From Callorhinchus milii (taxonomy: Eukaryota): a stretch of DNA of 64,000 bases. Made by a program: the position numbers and the translations under genes. Under the pieces are notes generated by a model. It was not told the origin of the DNA, did not search any database, and worked only from the letters and a program-made list of their open reading frames with translations. The stretch spans positions 23,190,001-23,254,000 of the forward strand of contig NW_024704743.1 in NCBI RefSeq assembly GCF_018977255.1, written 5' to 3'. Positions 25,791 to 36,169 of this stretch are shown one piece after another (positions within the stretch are counted from its first letter, which is position 1; every line of letters begins with the position of its first letter).

Positions 25791-26660
25791 GGGAGTGGGC
25801 GGAACCTTCACTTGGTGCTCCCCTTACATGTTATAATAATAATATTCATGTAACAAATATGGAAGGTCTGTCACAAGTTAAGTGTGACTATCTTTCAAGA
25901 GTTCATGACATGAATAACATTGGTGTTGTTGCTCTACAGGAACCTCATGCTGCAGACAGTGAGTGGGCTGCAGGATACAAAATTAATGGCTATGAACTGA
26001 ACATCATCATGAATGATGCAAAGTACTTCAGGCATAGCCTTAGCGATGACTCAGGCCTGAAGCAATCCAAGGTCATGAGAATCTCTATTGCTGCGATAAG
26101 AAGCATACAACTGACCATAACGCACACATCTCCAGATCATGAATGGCCGAAGTCCACATTATAATCTTTTCCCCACCCAGCTGTATACCTTGTTGACTTT
26201 AATAGCCACCACTCCCAAGTGGGCTACAGAGGAAATGATACAGTTGGTGAGCAACTCACAAACTGCATTTCATTCAGTGACGTCCATCTTTGTTTTAACC
26301 CCAAACAACCAGGGACATTTTGATTAGCCAACTGGAACACTGAACACAACTCGCATCTCTGCTTTCTGACGAACGACAATAGCTTGGAAAGTCTTCTTCA
26401 ACTTATATTGTTCCACTATTCTGCTTTGTAGCTCCGCTGATTGAATCAACACCGAATCCGCACTGGAATTTCTGCAAAGCTAACTGGGTTGCATACACGG
26501 CAAAAGTTGAAGATGAGTTACACCATATCTAGCTGATCCCAGAAAATTACGACCGTTTTGTTCACCTTTTTATCAAAGCTGCTGTGAAACACAATCCTTG
26601 CAGCTATCTCAAGGTTTATACTCCTTGCTGGGAGCCACAGACAGAAGACAAGAACCATGA
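25791..26660 (+). mobile_element. Vingi/Ingi-like non-LTR retrotransposon, 5' part (APE endonuclease and linker), decayed
   Basis: NMEGLSQVKCDYLSR...IGVVALQEPH...YKINGYEL; FPHPAVYLVDFNSHHS-WGY...NPKQPGTF; WNFCKANW; YTPCW. These match the remembered Vingi EN pattern. Confidence 0.8.
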
Positions 26661-26674
26661 TCTGGACCTAGTAA

Positions 26675-26980
26675 TATAATATAATAATAATAATCCTTGC
26701 ATTTGATATAAGAACATAAGAACATAAGAATTAGGAGCAGGAGTAGGCCATTCGGCCTAATCACATTTTCGAGATGTCTCAAAGTGCTTTACAGAATATA
26801 CTGTAAAGTGAATCGACTGTATATTTTGTGGGCGAAATGTGGCAGCCAATTGTACACAACAGTGTCTCGCAAACTGCTGTGGATTGAGTGACCAATTATT
26901 TTTTATTTTTTTCAAGGGATTATTACCGCCGGAAAAGCAATTCACCAATCAACTAACAACTGGGTTCCTATTTACTGCCC
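26675..26980 (-). mobile_element. SINE family A (long form, head lost) with a ~50-bp CR1 3' terminus inserted at 26707-26757
   Basis: ataagaacataagaacataagaattaggagcaggagtaggccattcggcc is the reverse complement of a CR1 3' end (compare 59470-59510). Confidence 0.8.
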
Positions 26981-29614
26981 AAAGTCTTCCACATTACACA
27001 ATAGGGTTATGAATGTTGCATTTTAACCTCAATGTAAGCAGAATACTTGATGTGTGTGGGATTCCTTAAAGCAATCCTTGTAATACTGTAAGTAATAATT
27101 TCTGACTGTTTATAAGTGTAAAAATTCTTAAATGGTTGTTCAAAGAACCATTCTTCCTTCTCAATTGCCTGCTCTTCTACTCTTCTTGGTAGGACTGCCA
27201 ATCCCTGATGTATAACTACAACTCTATTGTGTTTGTGTTACTTTGCCAGGTAAAGCAGTGCCTATTGAAAACCTCAGACTAATCTGCCTAGAAAGCAAAA
27301 AATGACGAGATATCTGGAAGGTCACCTTGACTTTGTGATTCAGCTTCTTCCAGGGCCTCCAAGTGAATGCACAAATCTCTTGAAAGAATAGCCCAGACAT
27401 CCAGCATTAGTACCCAGGCTCTTCAGCAGGTTGCCAGATCTGGATTCAAAGCTCCCAGCGTTGTCTGCTTAAGCTTCTCTGATCAAACCTCCACATGTCC
27501 CTGATTAAATACTGCCAGCCTCTCAGCTGGATACACTCTTGAGGTAAAGCTCATAATCCAGCTGCTACCACTTCCTTTCTGGTAAAATTACTTTATATAA
27601 GCCATAGCATCTGACATCAGTGATATAATCGCACAAAATAAGTAGAGCTGTATGATTTTACCATTTTCTATTGATACTGGTATTCTGCAATAAATGGATC
27701 TAGAATCTAGAATTAATCAATCTGGAGAAAGTTCATGGAGAGTTGAACTTCAGGTTTAGGTTGACGTTTTTATGCTCTCATCCTCATGTCCTATGACCGA
27801 GCTGATAAGACAAACACCAGCAAACCTCAGTAATTATTTTAAACACACCGGTTATTAAAACACTGGATGCCACTCAGCCACAGATGTCCTCTTTAAGCTA
27901 TAATCATAACCTGTTGTTCCCTTCCTTGCCGCACTATGATCATTGCCATTTTTATCTATAAAATCACACTTCAGTCCCAATTTTTCTATCCATTTGACTC
28001 CACGTCTATGACACTTCTTCAAAGCTTCCCGGCACATTAACATTGATTGCATATTGATTTACAAGTGACAGCAGCAGTAGATGGATGCACTCCAATTAGT
28101 GGCAGCAGCAACAGTGCAACTCATAACAACTGGCTCACACTGAATGGAGTGGCTTCATCCACGGTAACTGTCATCTTATGTGTGGAAAGACCAACGGAAG
28201 GATAGGAGGAAGGAGAAAGGAAAAGGAAAGGAAAATGGCAAAGTCCAAACAAAGTCAAATAAAAAAAGTTTAAGAAAATGGGTAAAGATAGCAAGAAATT
28301 AGAATAGAAATGTGCTTTATATTTCCTTGCTAATAACACAGATAAAAGTGCAACTGCAATGCGATGCAATTTGATACAATGTAAATGCTGTATTAAAGAA
28401 CACTATCAAGATGAACAAAGCCATGTCTTTCTACAATGCGTCTAAAGACATGCTGATTTTAATTTTAATGGTACCATTTTTAAATTGAATAAACCAGAGA
28501 GAGAAAAAATAATAAACCCAGGATATTGGAGAAGTTCACACAGAAATAACCTTGAGATTCATTGCTTCATGTGGCTTCATTGCTCAGCGAAGGTAGCGAA
28601 GATAATAAAGCACATGAAAACATTTCATTAAAGCTGTTTCTTTACATATGAGGAAGAAAGACTTTAACGTTCAATCACATTTGATATAGCACCTTATTAC
28701 GCAGTCAAAACGTCTAAAATGCTCCACAGTGTGAAGCTTAGTTACTGTACTGCTTTATTGTATGATGTATTTAAAGGCAATTTTTATCAGACACTTGCCA
28801 GAATTTTAGCCTCTCTGCTGACTTTGCTTGCTTTCAGCTTTCATGTGCTGATAAATACAGCCAAGCTGTGCCTTTCGATTTGCGCAGATATCTTCACCTT
28901 TCCCAGAAAATGTATCTTTCTTCAATACAGTACATTCACTTCTAATACTAGTGCAAATAATTCTTTGTGTGGGGGTCTTAGTCAATGGTCTGATTTGCAG
29001 AAGGAAAGATGTGAAGCAAATGTTTTATGGTTTTTCACCAAGGTATTTGGGCTGAATTAGAACAACAACTTGCTTTTTATATAGTGCCTTCATGGAGGTA
29101 GTGTTTCGGAGCCCTTAAATTAAAATTATTTTTATAAAAGAACAGAAAGTCATGCAGAAGCCATTAAATGTGTGAACACCAAACATCAGGTTCTTCATCC
29201 CAGGGTTTCAGTGCTTTGGGACGTTCTCTTGACGTGAAAGGCGCTCTATAAATGTAATTTTGTTGTTGTTTTGTTGTTGTTAACAATGGCTTGAGTGTAA
29301 TTAGTGCTATGACCTTAGTAAAGTTCCTTGGTATGCAAAGGGAATCCCATAGAAAAACATAGAAAAATGTTGATAAAACAACAGGAATTTCCATACATAG
29401 CTGGAACACTCTATAGTTTGATGTGATCTTCTGATGTAACAGAGGTTCTGTGGTTGGCATAACATAAAAATAGTCCTCTGGAGGAGATGCACTTTATGTC
29501 CCAGTGCTATTTTTCTACCATCAAACATCATTTTTGCTGCTGTTTACCTGCTGGCCTTTTTTATGGTGACTGTCTGGGTGGGTGAGGGAGGGAGGAGAGG
29601 GAGGAGAGGGGGTT

Positions 29615-30190
29615 GAGGGTGTCCTTGGGATTGAACTGTCTCGGCAATTGAATTTTGGAATGAAGTCAACCCTCTGTGGTGGTCTCGGTAGTACAATTCC
29701 AGAGCCATGTGGGTCTCCAGTACTCCAGGGGACTGCTGATACCAGCCCAGCCAGCGTGCCTCATCGTTAGGTCTTGGAGGACCAGAGCAGTCAAAGGAGG
29801 CAGGGATTCATCCCATTTGGCTTCTGTTAACCTTGAAAGCCAAAGCCCTAATTGATAGGATGTTCCTAGAAGGACAAGCAGCGGGAAGCTTTCCACACAA
29901 TACACTTAACAGCAAGCTAGATGGAATTAGCTGATTAAACCCCAGCAGTCTCCTAATATGCACTCTTGGGTCCCCAAGCCTTGGCTCTCATCCAACTGAA
30001 GCTAATATTGTACTCTCCTGAGTTACATAAATGGGGTGCATCCCTCCATGCAGGAAGTAGGCATTCCATTCCAAAACTGGGAATTTCCATGCGTCGCTGG
30101 CATACATATGTGGAGCTCTCAGTTTGGTTTGGATATTCTTAAACATAATGGTGAGTTTCCACATGTGTCAGACTCGGCTGACCAAAAAAT
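29615..30190 (+). repeat. Family X near-full copy
   Basis: gtcaaccctctgtggtggtctcggta...gtgtcagactcggctgaccaaaaaa. Confidence 0.85.
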
Positions 30191-30679
30191 CCCTTTCACA
30201 ATGCCATTATACTTTTTTTATTTATTCTTCATCCTTGAAACAATATGTGCAATTGCCATTTCTTCAACAGATACTTTTTTTAATAAATAATATGTTAATG
30301 CCAAACAAATAATGTGTGACACATTTGCTTTGTTAAACTTAATGCAGTCCCCGGTAATTTGAATATCACAAATTTTAATTGGTGGGAATTAGAAACTGTG
30401 AAGAGAACAATTTATTTAAAAAAAGAGGACGTTTCCTTCTGTACAACACTCCTTTTGCCTTTCAAAATAGAATTCACAAATACCCAATGGCTACATGAAG
30501 CAAATGTTTTGTGATTTCTGTTAGGAAGCAGCACTTTTTATTTTTTGTCACTCGCCAACATCATTATCTATAACAGTGACAAGCTGCACAGTGACAGAAT
30601 ATTTGTTCTGCTGCATTTGAAGCAGTCCTGGCGGACAACTAAGTATTGAGTGCTTATCGTAAAGCAGAGTTGAGATGGT

Positions 30680-30985
30680 GACAGTCCTGGTAATCCGGTT
30701 CTTGAGCCAGGCATGTTCACTGTACTTCAAGATATTGTTAATGACAGACCAGCCAGCATGGCATGTTACCAAGACTTGGAGGAGCAGACTAGTCACTCGA
30801 ATAGAATTTATTTCCACTCAGCTCCCGTGAAGCCTGGTAAGCCAAAGCTCAATCAGTATGGTCCAAGCTAGACAATAAGGGGAAGTTTGCCAGTGTTCAC
30901 AATGGCAAATTGCGTAGTTTTATCCAGTTAAACTCCAGGAGAACCCCACTGCCATACTCTGGGGTATCCAAGCCTTGGTTCTTGA
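30680..30985 (+). repeat. Family X internal fragment
   Basis: ctggtaatccggttcttgagccaggca...ccaagccttgg. Confidence 0.7.
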
Positions 30986-31354
30986 TCAATGCAACAAGCA
31001 GTGATCAGTGGGACTATTCATTCATGGTTCCATTGTTCAACTGTATTCCAAACACTTCTGATAAAGATGCAACCAATATATATCTGCAGAAACCTGACGT
31101 ACCATCCAGTCTTGTGCTGACTTGTGGCAAGTAACTTGTTACCACAAAATATACAGTCAATTCATGTTATAGCATATTCTGTGAAGTGCTTTGAGACATC
31201 TCGAAGACGTGATAAGGCGCTATATCAAATGTAAGGATTATTATTATTGTTATAAACCTGTCACTATACAAAGCTCAAATTAGGAGTCTGATAGTATGTT
31301 CACCAACTTGCCTGGATGCGTGCAGGTGCAACAACAGTCAAGGAGTTCAACATC

Positions 31355-31570
31355 ATCCAACTGCGAGGAGATGCTGGTCTTCTTTGAGACCGAAACCGAG
31401 GGGATCTGTTCAGCAGTCTCTGCCCTCCCAACTGCCTCCCTTCAATATCTCCCTCACACTCCAGCCCCTACCCATCCCTCCCTCAACACCTTCAAAGCTG
31501 TCTCCCTCTCCTCCCTCACGACCACTATAAACCGCATGAAGCCCACCACCTGCTCCCTCGACCCTATCCA
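31355..31570 (+). mobile_element. L2 linker fragment
   Basis: NCEEMLVFF...MKPTTCSLDPI, homologous to the L2 at ~7930-8130. Confidence 0.75.
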
Positions 31571-33114
31571 TTTGTATATGCTGTATATGCTGGTGATGTA
31601 CAACCTATCTATAGACCTATCAGATGATAGATCAACATCAAAATGTCTACATAGATCAAATCCAAACTGGCTTAAATCTAAAACATCAACAATGTACTCA
31701 CTCAGCCTTCATTATACTCTATTTTCTCTTGATTTTCATCAACGATCTCATCCTTGATGAGAGCATTGACACAGCGCCTTGGGACGTCCTCCTGACGTGA
31801 AAGGCGCTTTATAAATGTAATCTTGTTGTTGTTGATCTCTCAATATTGTCTTGGGAAGCAGGTAGAGTGAATGTTTTGGAATGATGAGATCAAATGAGTT
31901 TCATCTGAACCTGTTTTGTAATCTTTTCATTTCCTCTTCTCATTCTTATCTATCCATCATACACATTGCTTAATTCTTAATTAATTTAGCTTTGTTTTTG
32001 CAAGACCCGTACCTTCCAGATAAGCTAAGCTCCACATCATCCTATAATTGGATATGACCCTCACACGCTTTAACACAAACAGGACTCCTCTTCCAGCTCA
32101 GTGCTCTTTTCCACATGATAATCAAGGTTACAACTGAAGCAGCAATGTTCTCAGCAAATAGGATTACGTGCAATTCATTGCAACTTCTGATGATACTGCA
32201 CTTTGGTAACAGGTAACAACTGTCAAATTCAGGATTCATTTATACTTATTCACCAGCCAAATGTATCACATGCATTTTAAAAAGTAAGAAAAACTTACAT
32301 TCTCAGAAGTGCAAGAATACAACTGCATGCACATGTACACCAATATGTTTGATTCAACCTATTGCAATTACCCTGACAATTACCCTGACAAACAGATCAC
32401 ATCCCAGTCAAAATTAAACTTTGCACTGGGAAGCTGACAAGTTTAGATATTCAGCCATAAATCTTTTGCACAGTTGTTGTACCAGGTAATTAAAATGAGA
32501 AGTTCTAAGACGGCATAGACATCCATTAAAAATATTTTCATTGCCTGATGGCACCTTATGTTATCAATCCAGACGACAATAGTAAATTGTTAATCTAATA
32601 TACAGATGTGATAATATTTCAATCCAAACTAATGCATCTGTTCAGAATAGGATTATGACATTACTGGAAGTCATCAGAAAATTGTAATAGCCATTCTTTC
32701 CCCTAGACTGGAGTCTCCACTGAATTATAACCTCATTTTGCCTGTATAATATATGTGTATATCAATAAGCTATTGAATAAAATTGAGTTTTGTCAACTGC
32801 GGTTTGAGAAAGGGGGCATGTGATTGTCTAAATCAATTTCAAAGGCAGTTACCTTTATTCTACAAAATTGGAAGCTAGAAACTAAAAGCAATTTTTTGTG
32901 CTTTCAACTAATCTATAGAAGCACACAAAAACATTTATAGTGTGATGTGAAGAGTATCATCAGTGACAATTATCACAAAGACCAAATTTATATTGTCTGT
33001 ATATAACAATTGGTATGGCTGATACCCCATTTCCCCCACCATCCTCTCCTCCAAATTCTGGATAATGAACAATCAAGCTTTTATTCTACCTCTTTGAGTG
33101 TGCTCTTAGCCATT

Positions 33115-33416
33115 TTGTCTTAAGATGGGTGTCTGACACATGCAGAAATGCATCACCATGATTAAGAGTATCCAAACTAAAATGAGAATTCCATGCATCC
33201 CACATACACATGGAGGTTTTTTAGATATTCATTGGAATAGAATGCGCTCTTCCTCCCTAGAGAGATGCATTCTGCTTACCTAATGCTGGAGAGAATTAAG
33301 CGCAGGTTGACAAGAGCTAAGGCTTGGGGACCTCAGTGTATGGGTTGGGATACTGCTGGAGTTGAACCAGCTAAAACCTCCTCTTGACTTGAAGTGTGCT
33401 ATACAAATAAAACCAG

Positions 33417-33457
<41 letters not shown>

Positions 33458-33600
33458 AAGATCACATAACTTGCTATTGAAAGCACTCTCTGGCAAATTT
33501 CCCACTCCTTGTCCAGCTAGAATCATCCTATCCATTAGGGTATTGGCATGCAGGGTTATTAGGAGCTGAGTGCGAAAAGTCCCTGCCCGCAGTTACTGGT
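33115..33600 (-). repeat. Family X 3' half, with an L2-tail stub and (GTT)n microsatellite inserted (~33385-33457)
   Basis: gggtgtctgacac...ttaagagtatccaaac is the reverse complement of the family X 3' end. Confidence 0.8.
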
Positions 33601-34221
33601 CTCATTGATATTTGTGAGCACTGTTGTCACAGATTATCTGCCATGTGTACTTGCATAGCAACAGTTATTTCACTTCAAAAGGATCTTTTGTGAAGAGATT
33701 TTGTGAAGAGTTCTGTTATGTTTTTGATTTGATGGCGCACTATATCAAATGCAAATATTATTAGTATTTATAATGCTGTAAAGAGATCTATACATCAACA
33801 TAGAGATCATATGATTGTTGCATGGGAATTATATTACCAATGTCAACAACTTTGATGCCAATTTATCATAATAATAATTTGATAAAGAGCCTTTCATGTC
33901 GGATCTTAAAGTGTTTCACAGGATATATTGTAAAATTAGATAACTGTACATTTGTTTGTGGACTATTTGCCCACAGCACAAATAGTCATGAAGATAATAA
34001 TGACCAATTTTATGTGGTGGATTGCTGGCCAGGACATTGAGAGAAACTTTTCTTTCTTTTATGCACTTTAAAACACTTTAAGGCTGCATTTATATGGTAC
34101 AGTTGGTATTCAATTATGACAAACGAGAACATAAATGGGGCTTGAGATGATCAGAAGCCCTTGATTCACACAAGGGCAGCATAAACACACTGGATGAAAA
34201 TCGCTCTCAAACTTTCACAAG

Positions 34222-34590
34222 GTCACAAGATTGGATTGGATGAAGAAGACCCTTTGGTCCATCTGATTTCATCTTTCCAGAGCACCCTCCCTATTGTTCC
34301 TCCCATCTCAGCATCAAGCTAGTTTTTAAATGAGTCCAATGTCCTAGCCTCAGCCATCTAGCAACCTTTTCCGGTCATTAAGTACCCCCTGAGTAAAGAA
34401 AAACTTCCTGGTATCTCTCATGAAATAGACCTTTGCAACTCTAAACTTATGTCTTCTTGTTTTAATGTCTTGTTCCATGCTTAAGCATGGTTCTGGTTTC
34501 ACTTTTTCAATCCCATTTAAAATTTTATACAACTCTATAAGGTCCTCTCTGGGTTGTTTTCTCTTAAGACTGAGGAACCCTATCTTGTCT
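34222..34590 (-). mobile_element. CR1-clade 3' end
   Basis: YKILNGIEKV...KTRRHKF...RKFFFTQGVLN motif. Confidence 0.75.
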
Positions 34591-35979
34591 AAGAAATGAC
34601 AAATGTTGCTCTAATATATATAACATTAGATAAACAAATATGTCCATGCTGTTTACAATGGAACCTACAAATAAAGGGTTCATAGAGGAAATAATTTGCT
34701 GACAGGCAGCAATGTGAGAAAGTTTCTTGGAGAAATCTTTTGGATGTCTTAATCTTGAAGAACTGAAGAGATGTCAGCAAAAAATATATAATCCCTATAG
34801 AGGTGTTCACTGTTAATATCAGGCTATATGAAGGTACAAACTACTTATAGGATATATAGAAGTGCTCACTGCCAAGATCAAGCTACAGAAGTCCTAAGTG
34901 GCACAAAAAATCCATTGACTCTGTTGCCAATATCTAATGCACTCCAAAGGTTCGACCATCACAATTTTATTGCAGAATATTCTTCAGTATATTCCTAGAT
35001 GATGATTTATAATGACACCATTGTGTCATAGATGGCAGTTTCACAATATTATAGTAAACAGTGGGCGGACAGCTTCCAATATGTGGCATTCGAATGAACA
35101 ACTCAACATCTGAGCAGTTCAGGAAAATTTGATGTCTAATCAAGGATATCTTAACAGAGATTAATGAATCATAAAGCAAGCAAAGCAGGTTTAAAATATA
35201 GTTTTACCCTGTTATTTATTGCCATTTTTATTTTTATAGTGGGTCACAACAGCTTTGCAAATAGGATAATGTATCATTTGTACCTTTCTTGCATCTACAC
35301 TAGTTGACAGCCCCTTTAATCTCAAATTATACTTTGCCAGGCATGTCAGACATTTTGTGGGATTTCCATTCCTGCTAAATGGATAGATCTCACTCACCTG
35401 TAAACAGATCCTTTAAGCGGAACTCAAAAGCAGTAATTATTGTGGGTATTTTGATTGATGCTAATGGGTTGTTAGAAACAGCAATATGTGATTGTCACCC
35501 ATACACGCTCCCGAAATAGACGCTGAGCCTGTAGCTTTTCAATCAACAAACCATTACTTGTTTGCCAAGAGGTTCAGTAATGCGTGAACTCACGTGCAAT
35601 CAGAAAATAGACCAGTCCCACCTGTCACATACAATTGCATCTCATCATATATTTGGCCCTCTGAACAAAAAAATACACACAATCCATTTTCTGAAACAAA
35701 CTAATATGCTAATTTTACTTCTTCTGCTGAATACTTTGCTAGTATATTTGTATACCAATAACACATGAATAGATGGTGAGGAATAAATTAGCACTGTGGA
35801 GTGTTTATATCGTGAGACTGATTATCATGCTGGTAACTATTTTGCTGCTCCAATGAAGTCACTAGAATATTTTGCTCATAAGCGCTTTAAGGTGCTATCC
35901 TGTGTGAAGGGTGCTATATAAATGCAATTTGTTATTATTGTTGTTGATTCCATGATGGAGATGAGGGAACATAGCCATC

Positions 35980-36135
35980 AACTTGAATCGGGAGCAGAAG
36001 TAGGAGAGCTTGGGGCGGAGCTGAGGCCCAGCTGTGTATAAAAGCACAGCTGGGTGAGGAGCCATTCAATCGGGAGCGGAGGTAGGAGAGCGTGGAGGGG
36101 AGGGGGGGGAAGTGACGTCGGCGTGACGTCATAGT
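35980..36135 (+). promoter_or_regulatory. Promoter-like cassette (GC box, TATA box in a hairpin loop, two CRE-like sites) just upstream of the L2
   Basis: ggggcggag 36012-36020; cccagctgtg-tataaaag-cacagctggg 36027-36054; tgacgtcg 36113 and tgacgtca 36124. Confidence 0.35.
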
Positions 36136-36169
36136 TAAAAAAAACAGCAACAACAACAACAACAACAAT

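Noticed and set aside
35398..35460. 63-bp minus-strand exon candidate
   Set aside because: Good donor but weak acceptor; peptide unrecognised and phase incompatible with the other candidates.
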